Source of the DNA: an uncultured Solirubrobacteraceae bacterium
GTDB lineage: Bacteria; Actinomycetota; Thermoleophilia; Solirubrobacterales; Solirubrobacteraceae
Direction: 5' to 3'
Length of the DNA stretch: 64,000 bases
Assembly (NCBI GenBank): GCA_963722455.1
Contig: CAVRMD010000015.1
Coordinates: 24,745-88,744 of the forward strand
Position numbers and translations under genes: made by a program
In this document: in pieces, positions 37,268 through 45,628 of the stretch
How positions within the stretch are numbered: the first letter of the stretch is position 1
Layout of the letters: each line of letters begins with the position of its first letter
Notes under the pieces: generated by a model
Databases searched by the model: none
What the model was told of the DNA's origin: nothing
What the model saw: the letters and a program-made list of their open reading frames with translations, nothing else

Positions 37268-38245
37268 TCAGCGCCCGCAGCAGCGCTTGTACTTCGTGCC
37301 CGAGCCGCACGGGCACGGGTCGTTGCGGCCGGGCTCGTGCCCTGCGCCCGCGCCGCTCAGCGCATCCGCCACGGCCGCGCGGAACGCGTCGAGCTCGTCG
37401 GCGTCCAGCGCGACCTCGAAGTCGGTGCCGAAGCGCAGGGCCGCCGCTCCGCCCGAGCGGCTGACGGCCTCGAAGCCGCCGGCGGATGCGCGGTAGGCGA
37501 ACGGCGCCGCCGCGATCTGCTCGCGCAGCGCGCGCGCCGCGTCGGCGCGCAGGCCGTGGGTGTGCTGGTCCAGCGCGCCGTCCTCGGCGACGTGGTCGAC
37601 GTCGACGACGAGCTGCGGCGGCGCGCCGAAGGCCACGATCGACAGCTCGCCGGTGACCGGGATGCGGCGCGGGTGGCCGAGCGCGCGCCAGGCGGCGATG
37701 GCGCGCCGCCGGTCGGCGTCGTCGCCGGCGGTGTCCTGCGTCAGGGCATAGGCGCGCTCGGCGGCGCCGGCCGCCGCGGGCGAGCGGCGCGCGGCGGCGG
37801 CCATCGCGAGCGCCGCGTAGATGCCGCCGGCCTCGGCCGTCTCGCCCTCGCCGCGGGCCTGCAGCCCGCCGAGCGCCTGCATGCCGGCCGTCACGGCGAT
37901 CTCGACTGCTCGGGCGGCGAGCGCGACGTGGGCCAACCGGCCAAACGCGCTCGTCGTCAGCGGATCGCTGGGACCGACCGACGCCGAGAACGCCTTGATC
38001 GCGTCGGTGAGTGCGCCGAGCTGCTCGGCCTCGGGCGCGCCGGTGCGCCGCAGTATGTCCGCCAGCGACGACTGGGCCATGCCGGTGAGCACGTCCTCGT
38101 CGCCGTGCTTGGTCTGCGCGCGCTGGACGATGCCGCGCAGCAGCGCGACCGCCTCGTCGGGCTGTCCGCCGGCGAGCAGCTCGAGCGCGCGCGCCTCGGC
38201 GGCCTCGATCGCCTCTGGGCGCAGCTCGGCGAGGTCGACAGCCAT
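37268..38245 (-). CDS. SEC-C metal-binding motif protein
   Basis: C-terminal NDPCPCGSGTKYKRCCG and a helical, Ala-rich N-terminal region. Confidence 0.7.
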   Translation of the reverse strand: MAVDLAELRPEAIEAAEARALELLAGGQPDEAVALLRGIVQRAQTKHGDEDVLTGMAQSSLADILRRTGAPEAEQLGALTDAIKAFSASVGPSDPLTTSAFGRLAHVALAARAVEIAVTAGMQALGGLQARGEGETAEAGGIYAALAMAAAARRSPAAAGAAERAYALTQDTAGDDADRRRAIAAWRALGHPRRIPVTGELSIVAFGAPPQLVVDVDHVAEDGALDQHTHGLRADAARALREQIAAAPFAYRASAGGFEAVSRSGGAAALRFGTDFEVALDADELDAFRAAVADALSGAGAGHEPGRNDPCPCGSGTKYKRCCGR

Positions 38246-38269
38246 GTCAGCGCCCCCGCGGGCGGTGCG

Positions 38270-38509
38270 TCAGCCGGCGTGGGTGCCGCAACCGCCGCCG
38301 CCGCAGCAGCCCATCTGGGCCAGCGCGGACCCGACGTCGCGCTGGAAGCGGCGCTGGCCGGCGGCCAGGTTCGGCGTCAGGAACGTCGAGAGCTGACGCT
38401 CGGTCTTGTCGTCGCCGCAGGACGGGCAGGCCGGGGGCGGGGCGTCGGAGCGGACGAGCTCGTCGAAGCGCTCGTCGCATGTCATGCAGGCGTAGTCGTA
38501 AATCGGCAC
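38270..38509 (-). CDS. FmdB family zinc-ribbon protein
   Basis: MPIYDYAC..C...CPSCG plus a Gly/Cys-rich tail. Confidence 0.8.
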   Translation of the reverse strand: MPIYDYACMTCDERFDELVRSDAPPPACPSCGDDKTERQLSTFLTPNLAAGQRRFQRDVGSALAQMGCCGGGGCGTHAG

Positions 38510-38743
38510 CCGCGCATCCTGTCCCCGAACGGCGGTTCTGTCAAGCGGCGCCCGCGCCCCCTCTATAGTCAGCGGGGGCCGCTACCCGCGGTCCGAGCCG
38601 TTCGGGGCGGATGCGCGTCGTCCATCCGCCGCATCGAATCGCCGGCGCAGGTGTCGTTCGTACGCCCGCGGCTGCCGACACGAGCAGGGACCGCAGGATG
38701 TCGCGCGCCGCGCGAAGGACGCCGTTTTCCGATCAAGGACGCC

Positions 38744-39136
38744 ATGCTTCATCCGGACACCACCCGCTACAGGCTCGAGCTGGACATGCTCGAGCGCGAC
38801 AGCGCCCTCAGCGACCGCAGCGCGATCGACCTGCTGCGGCGCGACTTCGCGCTTGCCGCCAACGCGTCCTACCTCGTCGCGCTCAGCGGCGACGAGCTCG
38901 CCATCAACGTCGTCTCGCGCTCGTTCCCGCAGGAGGGGGTGGCGCGCTACGCGGTCGAGCTGGACCTCGTCGAGCGCGCGTCGATGAGCGACCGGCAGGC
39001 GGGCGACCTCGTGCGACGCGAGCTGCGCCGCGCCCAGAACGCGTCGCACTTCCTGCGCATCGCCGTCGACGACTTTCGCGTCACGCTCGTCGAGCGCGTG
39101 CGGCCGCTGATGGCCGTCGCGTCCGCTCGCTCGTAG
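38744..39136 (+). CDS. Hypothetical protein made of two tandem repeats of about 55 aa
   Basis: High GC3. The repeats are RYRLELDMLERDSALSDRSAIDLLRRDFALAANASYLVALSGDELAINVVSR and RYAVELDLVERASMSDRQAGDLVRRELRRAQNASHFLRIAVDDFRVTLVER. Confidence 0.55.
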   Translation: MLHPDTTRYRLELDMLERDSALSDRSAIDLLRRDFALAANASYLVALSGDELAINVVSRSFPQEGVARYAVELDLVERASMSDRQAGDLVRRELRRAQNASHFLRIAVDDFRVTLVERVRPLMAVASARS

Positions 39137-39171
39137 ACGTCGCCGCAGCCCGGCGCGGCCCGGCGCGCCAC

Positions 39172-39477
39172 TCAACCGCCGTCGGCCTGGAAGGCGCGCG
39201 GGTCGGACTCGTCGATCGAGATGATGCACTCGGGCGTGCAGCCGAGCGGAAGCAGCAGCTGCTCGCCCGTCCACCACCATGCCTCGACGCGTGCGATCGA
39301 GGCATCCGGGACGTCGAGCTCGAAGAGGACGCAGCCGTCGGCGCCGAGCGTGATCGCTCGGTCGAAGGCGTAGTCGCGCGCGAGCGCGGCGTTGGGCGCG
39401 ACGTACGTGCCCGGCCGCAGGCCCTCGCGGCGGATGCCCTCGAGGCAGTCGATCGTGGTTCCGTGGTAGACGATCAT
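39172..39477 (-). CDS. Small hypothetical protein with an H-Y-E ADP-ribosyltransferase-like motif order
   Basis: MIVYHGT, then GLRPGTYVAPN, then VLFELDV. The coding call rests on GC3 and ORF length. Confidence 0.45.
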   Translation of the reverse strand: MIVYHGTTIDCLEGIRREGLRPGTYVAPNAALARDYAFDRAITLGADGCVLFELDVPDASIARVEAWWWTGEQLLLPLGCTPECIISIDESDPRAFQADGG

Positions 39478-39519
39478 GCGCTTGGGTCAGTGTGATGCAT
39501 CGCCGGGCCCTTCGATAGC

Positions 39520-40746
39520 TTGCGCTCGCACATGAGCGGCGAACCGAAGCGGATCTCGATCGAGCGGGCCAGGGAGCTCGTGCTCGAGCAGGTCGCGCGC
39601 CTCGAGGGCGAGGAGGTCGGGCTGGGCGAGGCGCTGCGCCGCGTGCTCGCGCAGGACGCCGTCGCACCGACCGACCTGCCGCCCTTCGACTCCTCGGGCA
39701 TGGACGGGTTCGCCGTGCTCGCCGCGGACACGATCGACGCCCCGGTCGCGCTGAAGATCGTCGGCGAGGCGCGCGCCGGCTCGCTCGCCCGGGTGCGCGT
39801 CGAGCATGGGACGGCGATCCGGGTCTCGACCGGCGCCGTCGTCCCGGCGGGCGCCGACGCCGTCGTGCGCCAGGAGCTCACGGAGGTCGAGGACGGCGCG
39901 GTCATCGTCAACGAGGAGGTCGCGTCCGGCAACGACGTGCGCTACGCGGGCGAGGACATCCGCCGCGGCGAGACGATCCTGCACGCCGGCACGCTGCTCG
40001 GCTCCGCCGAGATCGGCGCGCTCGCGGCCGTCAACGTCGCCCGCCCCGTCGTCGTGCGCAGGCCCCGGATCGCCCTCGTGAGCACGGGCGACGAGCTCGT
40101 CTCGCCCGGCCCGGACCTCGAGCCCGGCCAGATCCGCGACGCCAACGCGCCGGCGCTCAGCGCCGCCGCCGACGCCGCCGGTGCGGCGATCGTCGCGAGC
40201 GTGCGCGTCGGCGACGACCGCGACGCGACGGTCGCGACGCTGCGCGACGCGCTCGACGGCGCCGACATCGTCTGCACCGTCGGCGGCGTCTCGGTCGGAC
40301 CCCACGACCACGTCCGGCCGGCGCTCGAGCAGCTCGGGGCGCGCGAGCTCTTCTGCCGCGTGAGCCTGAAGCCCGGCGGGCAGGTGTGCCTCTACGTCGC
40401 GCCCGGCGGGGCCCTGGCGTTCGCGCTGCCCGGCAATCCCGCCTCGGCGCTCACGGCCTTCCGCGTCCTCGTCGTCCCGGCGGTCTACGCGCTGCTGGGC
40501 CGCAGCCTGACGCTGCACACCGCGCGCGGGATCGCGGAGACCGATCTCGCCGGCACGGTCGGTCGCACCTCGGTCATCCGCTGCCATGCCAGGATGCACG
40601 ACGACGGCTGGCACGTGACGCCCAACGGTGACCAGCGATCGCACATCCTGACGTCGATGCTCGGGCTGCCGGCGCTCGCGCTCGTTCCCGAGGACTGCGA
40701 GCTGCTGCCCGCCGGCACGGCCGTGGACATCGAGTTCGTCGGGTAG
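39520..40746 (+). CDS. moeA: Molybdopterin molybdenumtransferase
   Basis: PPFDSSGMDGFAV and a MoeA four-domain length with GGVSVG in the MoCF-binding region. Confidence 0.9.
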   Translation: MRSHMSGEPKRISIERARELVLEQVARLEGEEVGLGEALRRVLAQDAVAPTDLPPFDSSGMDGFAVLAADTIDAPVALKIVGEARAGSLARVRVEHGTAIRVSTGAVVPAGADAVVRQELTEVEDGAVIVNEEVASGNDVRYAGEDIRRGETILHAGTLLGSAEIGALAAVNVARPVVVRRPRIALVSTGDELVSPGPDLEPGQIRDANAPALSAAADAAGAAIVASVRVGDDRDATVATLRDALDGADIVCTVGGVSVGPHDHVRPALEQLGARELFCRVSLKPGGQVCLYVAPGGALAFALPGNPASALTAFRVLVVPAVYALLGRSLTLHTARGIAETDLAGTVGRTSVIRCHARMHDDGWHVTPNGDQRSHILTSMLGLPALALVPEDCELLPAGTAVDIEFVG

Positions 40747-40815
40747 CGCCGATCGGCACGCGCGCTCGCGCCATCGTCGCGCGGGAGGGGAGGGCGGGCC
40801 GCTACGGTCAGCGCA

Positions 40816-41607
40816 ATGTCGAGCGTCCTCGTCCGAGGCTGCGGCGACGTCGGCTCGGCGGTCGCCCACCTGCTCCTGCGCCGCGGCCACCGGGTCGTCG
40901 TGCACGACGTCGCGCTGCCCGCGGCGCCGCGTCGCGGGATGGCGTTCGCCGACGCGATGTTCGACGAGACCGGCGAGCTCGAGGGGATCAGGGCGCGGCG
41001 TCTCGACGACGTGGGACGCCTTGGCGAGGTCGAGGCGGCGGGCGAGCTGGCGCTGACCGCCGTCGCGCTCGCCGAGATCCTCGCGGCGCTGCGCCCGGAC
41101 GCGCTCGTCGACGCCAGGATGCGCAAGCGCGCCCGGCCCGAGGCGCAGCGCGGCCTCGCGCCGCTGACGATCGGGCTCGGGCCCAACTTCGTGGCGGGCC
41201 AGACGACGGACCTCGCGATCGAGACGCAGTGGGGCGACCGGCTCGGGGCCGTCGTCGAGCGCGGGCCGACGCTCGACCTCGGCGGCGAGCCGCGGGCGTT
41301 TCACGGACATGCCCGCGACCGCTTCGTGTACGCGCCGCTGGCGGGGACGATGCGCACGCGGGCGCAGATCGCCCAGCGCGTCCGGACCGGAGAGCTCGTC
41401 GCGCAGATCGCGGGCGAGCGGCTCGTCGCGCCGCTGGACGGCATCCTGCGTGGGCTCGTCCGCGACGGCGTGCCGGTCGCCGCCGGCGCGAAGGTGCTCG
41501 AGGTCGACCCCCGCGGGGACCTGTCGAAGGTGTTCGGGATCGGTCCGCGGCCGCGGCGTATCGCCGAGGGCGTGCTCGCGGCGATCGAGCTGCGCAGCCC
41601 CTCGTGA
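40816..41607 (+). CDS. YqeB/EF2563-like protein (selenium-dependent molybdenum hydroxylase system family, XdhC-type Rossmann)
   Basis: VLVRGCGDVGSAVAHLLLRRGHRVVVHDVALPAAPRRGMAFADAMFDE matches my recollection of the family's N-terminal pattern. It lies next to moeA. Confidence 0.5.
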   Translation: MSSVLVRGCGDVGSAVAHLLLRRGHRVVVHDVALPAAPRRGMAFADAMFDETGELEGIRARRLDDVGRLGEVEAAGELALTAVALAEILAALRPDALVDARMRKRARPEAQRGLAPLTIGLGPNFVAGQTTDLAIETQWGDRLGAVVERGPTLDLGGEPRAFHGHARDRFVYAPLAGTMRTRAQIAQRVRTGELVAQIAGERLVAPLDGILRGLVRDGVPVAAGAKVLEVDPRGDLSKVFGIGPRPRRIAEGVLAAIELRSPS

Positions 41608-41640
41608 AGCCGGCGGCACCGGCCGCACGAGGCTGGCATC

Positions 41641-41892
41641 ATGGCCGCGATGCCCAGCACCCCCGAGCAGTTGACCGAGGACCAGCGCCGCGCGCTGCGC
41701 CGCGCGCACGAGCGGCTGCGGACCGCCGCCCAGGAGGTCCAGTCGCTCGTCGCGACCGAGCCGATCAAGAACCGCTGGGAGCCCGAGCCGGCGCCGCCCG
41801 AGATCCTCGACGCGGCGCGCGACGAGCTGCGCGCCGCGTGGGAGCAGCTCAACGCCAGCTACGGCGAGCTGCTCGGCTGGGAGCCGCTGTGA
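41641..41892 (+). CDS. Small hypothetical protein
   Basis: An 83-aa ORF with high GC3 and helical character; no recognisable family. Confidence 0.4.
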   Translation: MAAMPSTPEQLTEDQRRALRRAHERLRTAAQEVQSLVATEPIKNRWEPEPAPPEILDAARDELRAAWEQLNASYGELLGWEPL

Positions 41893-41924
41893 GCTAGGCG
41901 CGTTTTCCGCGGTTGGCGAAGCGG

Positions 41925-42329
41925 CTAGGCGAGCGGCTGGCGCCGCAGGCGGTAGCCGAGCAGGCGGCGGCGCCCCGAACCGGATTCCGCGTAGGCGCGC
42001 TCGATGCAGTGCCCGGCGCGCTCGAGCTCGTAGATCGCGCTGGCGGGGTCGTCGATTCCCTCGTCGGCGATCGCACGCAGCTCGACCGGCTGGCCCTCGG
42101 CGCGACGCAGGACGCCGAGCAGGCGGCGCTCGGGTGACGGCGGCGGCGCCGCTTCTCCCGCGGGGTCAGCGTCGGCGCGAGCGGGCCGCTGCTGGGCGTT
42201 GCACAGCGCGAGGGTTCCGCCGCACACCCCGCAGGGGACGCCGTGGCGGATCATGTCGGCGGCATCGGCGCTGCTGATGACCGCCCGACAGCGTACGCAC
42301 CTGACCAGCGTCGGCGACTGCGTCGTCAT
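41925..42329 (-). CDS. Zinc-ribbon plus winged-helix-like hypothetical protein
   Basis: CVRC...CGVCG ribbon at the N-terminus and an Arg-rich helical C-terminus. Confidence 0.45.
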   Translation of the reverse strand: MTTQSPTLVRCVRCRAVISSADAADMIRHGVPCGVCGGTLALCNAQQRPARADADPAGEAAPPPSPERRLLGVLRRAEGQPVELRAIADEGIDDPASAIYELERAGHCIERAYAESGSGRRRLLGYRLRRQPLA

Positions 42330-42506
42330 GTCTTCTCCCCTCGGAACCCGATACGAGCGAAGTCCGTCCGACGGCCCTCACGACCTCCGACGTCCCCCGG
42401 CGACTGCATGTGGCTCAGGCGGCCGGGCCTGACCCCCGCGCACACCCTGCCGGCATGATACGCCGCGGGTCGGAGATCCCAAACCTCCGCTGGCGCCCGG
42501 CGGCTG

Positions 42507-43505
42507 CTACGCGTGCGCGATCTCGCGCTCGGCGGCCCGCAGGACGGTCGTGCGCGCCTTGTGGGCGCGCTCGTAGTCGCGGGCGCGCGCCGCACGCTGC
42601 TCGTCGCCGTCGCGCAGGCGGTCGATGATCTCCTGCGCGGTCGCCGCGTCGTAGCCGGCCCAGGGCTCGTCGCCGTAGAGGGCGGCGATGCGGTCCAGGA
42701 CCGTCGTGCGCCCGTCGTTGCGGCGCTCGTAGACCTCGACCTTGGCGAGATCGACCTGGGAGAGCTCGCGCAGCCGGCCGACGACGTCGTCGGCGTTCAG
42801 CGCGTCGTAGTCGGCGATCGGGAGGTCGCTCTCGTCGGCGACGGCGCCCCTCACGGCGCCCTCGGCCTGCGAGACGCCGGGGACGCGGCGCGCCTGGCGC
42901 GCCGCGCGCCCGGTCTCGCTCGCGGCCTTCTTCGCAGCTCCCCGAACGGCCTGCGCGGCGCCGGTGTCGACGATGTCGTAGGAGGCGTCGTCGTCGATCT
43001 CGGCAGCGACGACGGCCCGCGCGAGCGCGGGCAGCTCGCCCTGGATGCGCTGGAGCATCGCCTCCTCGTCGGCGCGCAGCGAGGCCGCGAGCCCAGCGGT
43101 CGCCGCGTCGTCGACGCCGCGCGCGAGCGCTTCGAGCGCCGTGTAGGTGGCGATCTCGAGCGCCTCGGTCGCGCAGGCGTCCTTGGCGTTCTTGAGTACC
43201 TTCTCCTCGCCGCAGGAACCGCGCACGAGATCCAGGGGCGTCTTGGCGAGCGCGAGCGCCTGGCCGGCGGCGTCCTGCGCGAACGAGACGAGCGCCCCGA
43301 TGCTGTCGCGCCCGCGCAGCTCCCTGCGCCGCTTGGCGACCCGCTCGGCGTGCTCGCGCGTCTCGCGCAGATGGGATTCCAGCGCCGTGCGATAGCGCCC
43401 CCGTGGGGCCATCGCGATCTGCTCCTGCAGGACGCGCGTCAGCCCGACCTCCATGGCGTGGGCCTCGTCGAGGTACCGGACGATCGTTGTCTTGGAAGTG
43501 CTCAT
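42507..43505 (-). CDS. Ferritin-like DUF892 (YciE/YciF-type) domain protein with C-terminal extension
   Basis: The opening IVRYLDEAHAMEVGLTRVLQEQI...HLRETREHAERV is typical of DUF892. Confidence 0.65.
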   Translation of the reverse strand: MSTSKTTIVRYLDEAHAMEVGLTRVLQEQIAMAPRGRYRTALESHLRETREHAERVAKRRRELRGRDSIGALVSFAQDAAGQALALAKTPLDLVRGSCGEEKVLKNAKDACATEALEIATYTALEALARGVDDAATAGLAASLRADEEAMLQRIQGELPALARAVVAAEIDDDASYDIVDTGAAQAVRGAAKKAASETGRAARQARRVPGVSQAEGAVRGAVADESDLPIADYDALNADDVVGRLRELSQVDLAKVEVYERRNDGRTTVLDRIAALYGDEPWAGYDAATAQEIIDRLRDGDEQRAARARDYERAHKARTTVLRAAEREIAHA

Positions 43506-43611
43506 GGGTCCGGGCTACCCGACGCTGCGCCGCGCACTCGCTGCGTTACCGGCCGCACACAAGTCCGGATCGCCGCGGAGCGCCCGCCCGGGCGCGCTAG
43601 CGTTGCGGGCT

Positions 43612-44415
43612 GTGCCCCGCGTCGCCGTCAGCGGTACCGAGCTGCACCTCGAGCGTCGCGGCGACGGGGCGCCGCTGCTGCTCGTGCAGGGTCTGGGCGC
43701 CAACAGCCTGCATTGGGGCGAGCCGTTTCTCGCCGCGCTGCAGCGCGACTTCGAGCTGCTGCTCTACGACCATCGCGGGGTCGGGCGCAGCGCGCCGGCC
43801 GGAGGACCGATCAGCACCGCCAGCCTGGCGCGCGACGCGCTGGCGCTGCTCGACGCGCTCGGCCTCGAGCGCGTCCACGTGCTCGGCATCTCGATGGGCG
43901 GGATGGTGGCCCAGGAGCTGGCGCTCGCCGCGGGGCCGCGGCTGTCGTCGCTGACGCTGGGCTGCACGAGCTGCGGCGGGACGCAGTCCAGGCCGACCGC
44001 CCCCGAGGTCGTCCAGCGCCTGACGGCCGCCGCGCTGTCGGGCGATCGCGAGCGCATGCTGCGGATCGGCTTCGAGCACGTCGTCTCGCGCCCGTACGCG
44101 GCCGTCGCCGAGCACTACGAGCAGTTCGCCCGCGCGGCGCGCCAGCACCCGGCGTCGGTCGCCGCGCTGCTCGCGCAGAAGGGGGCCGTCGACGGCCATG
44201 ACGCCTACGCCCGGCTGCGCGGGCTGGCGACGCCCACGCTCGTGCTGCACGGCACGCAGGACGAGCTTCTGGCGGCGATCAACGGCGACCTCGTCGCCTC
44301 GCTCATCCCGGGGGCGCGCCTGGAGCTGCTCGACGGCGCCGGGCACCTCTTCTTCTGGGAGCAGCCAGAGCGCTCGGCGCAGCTCGTGCGACGGTTCGCC
44401 CTGGATGGATGCTGA
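43612..44415 (+). CDS. Alpha/beta hydrolase (paralog of 18199-19011)
   Basis: VPRVAVSGTELHLERRGDGAPLLLVQGLGANSLHWGE and GISMGGMVAQE align almost position-for-position with 18199-19011. Confidence 0.8.
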   Translation: MPRVAVSGTELHLERRGDGAPLLLVQGLGANSLHWGEPFLAALQRDFELLLYDHRGVGRSAPAGGPISTASLARDALALLDALGLERVHVLGISMGGMVAQELALAAGPRLSSLTLGCTSCGGTQSRPTAPEVVQRLTAAALSGDRERMLRIGFEHVVSRPYAAVAEHYEQFARAARQHPASVAALLAQKGAVDGHDAYARLRGLATPTLVLHGTQDELLAAINGDLVASLIPGARLELLDGAGHLFFWEQPERSAQLVRRFALDGC

Positions 44416-44467
44416 CGTCGCGCCGGTTCGTGCCTACCCTCGTCGGAGCACAGAAAGGAACGCAGAC

Positions 44468-44977
44468 ATGACAGAGAGGATCGAGGTGCAGGAGCGCGGG
44501 CGGACGATCTCGTACTCGTTCGAGGACCTGCTGAAGTACCACGGCCCCGGCTCGCCCGGTGGGGTGGCGGCGGCGTTCAAGGTGATGCAGCGGGCGTTCG
44601 CGCTCCTGTCGCCCGACGCGCCGGTCCAGCGCCGCTCGGTCACGGTGCGCACCGCGTTCGGCGGCCCGGGCGCGCGCGACGGCTTCGAGGCCGTCGCGCG
44701 CGCGGTGACCGGCGAGCGCTTCACGCTGGATCCCGAGCTCGCGCAGCCCGAGCGGGGGCGCGTCCTCGAGCGCTTCGTCTTCGAGATCGGCGACGGCGAG
44801 CGCTCGGTGACGCTGCTCATGCGCGAGGGCTACGTGACCGAGGAGTTCATCGACCTGGCGCGCAAGTCCGGGCGCAGCGCGGAGGAGGACGTCCATCTCG
44901 ATGCGCTGAAGGCAGATCTCGCGGCCCGCCTCATGGCGGCGGCGCCGGCGGACGTCTACGACCTCGCGGGCGCGTAG
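44468..44977 (+). CDS. Hypothetical protein
   Basis: AAAGGAA RBS-like purine run upstream of the ATG and high GC3. No family was recognised; there is only a weak FmdE-like HGPGSPGG segment. Confidence 0.55.
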   Translation: MTERIEVQERGRTISYSFEDLLKYHGPGSPGGVAAAFKVMQRAFALLSPDAPVQRRSVTVRTAFGGPGARDGFEAVARAVTGERFTLDPELAQPERGRVLERFVFEIGDGERSVTLLMREGYVTEEFIDLARKSGRSAEEDVHLDALKADLAARLMAAAPADVYDLAGA

Positions 44978-44986
44978 GCTGGTTGC

Positions 44987-45544
44987 ATGGCTGTCCTGGC
45001 AGCACTCGGCGACGTGCCGACGACGGCGATCGCGGTCGTCGCCATCCTGCTCGGCGTGCTGCTGCTCGTGCGCGACAAGCACGGTGGCGAGGCGGCGGCG
45101 AGCGCCGACCGTGAAGAGCGGGCGCCCTCGCTGCTGACGCCGGCCCCGGCCGGCGCCGGCCCCGACGCGCCCGCCGACGACGAGCCCGCCGCGCTTGCGA
45201 CGATGGCGGAGGGCGAGATCGGCCACGGCCCGATCAGGCTCGGCGGCTTCGCACAGCCGCCCGCGGCCGCGGAGCCCGCCGTGCCGCCCGCCGTCGCGGA
45301 GCCCGCCGTGCCGCCCGCGGCCGCGGAGCCCGACGTGCCGCCCGGCGTCGGCGAGGCCGCCGTTGCCGAGCCGGTGGTCGAGCCGCGCGACGCTCCCGAG
45401 CCGGTCCAGCCGCCCGCGCCGGCCGGCCCGCCCGCCTCGATCGCCCCTCCGGGCGCGGCGTCCGCGGCGCCGGCGCCCGCCGAGCCGGCGGGCCGACTGC
45501 CGTTTCGACAGGGAGCGATCAAGCTGCGCCGGCCGCGCGATTGA
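44987..45544 (+). CDS. Membrane-anchored Pro/Ala-rich repeat protein
   Basis: N-terminal TM TTAIAVVAILLGVLLLV, followed by (AEPxVPPxx)x3 repeats. Confidence 0.5.
   Translation: MAVLAALGDVPTTAIAVVAILLGVLLLVRDKHGGEAAASADREERAPSLLTPAPAGAGPDAPADDEPAALATMAEGEIGHGPIRLGGFAQPPAAAEPAVPPAVAEPAVPPAAAEPDVPPGVGEAAVAEPVVEPRDAPEPVQPPAPAGPPASIAPPGAASAAPAPAEPAGRLPFRQGAIKLRRPRD
45269..45349 (+). repeat. 3 x 27-bp in-frame tandem repeat
   Basis: Units at 45269-45295, 45296-45322 and 45323-45349 share GCGGAGCCCGCCGTGCCGCCCGC with few substitutions. Confidence 0.9.
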
Positions 45545-45628
45545 CGCCTGTTCGACGCACCGAGCGCCCGCGGGGCGGGCGCTCGTCGGTCGTCGGTCGT
45601 CGCGCCGCTGTGGCGCGGGCGGTGCTGC

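Noticed and set aside
44468-44977. Calling ORF 44468-44977 an FmdE/FwdE-like protein on the basis of YHGPGSPGG.
   Set aside because: A single short segment loosely resembles the HGHxCPG motif, and the Cys is absent. The ORF is left as hypothetical.
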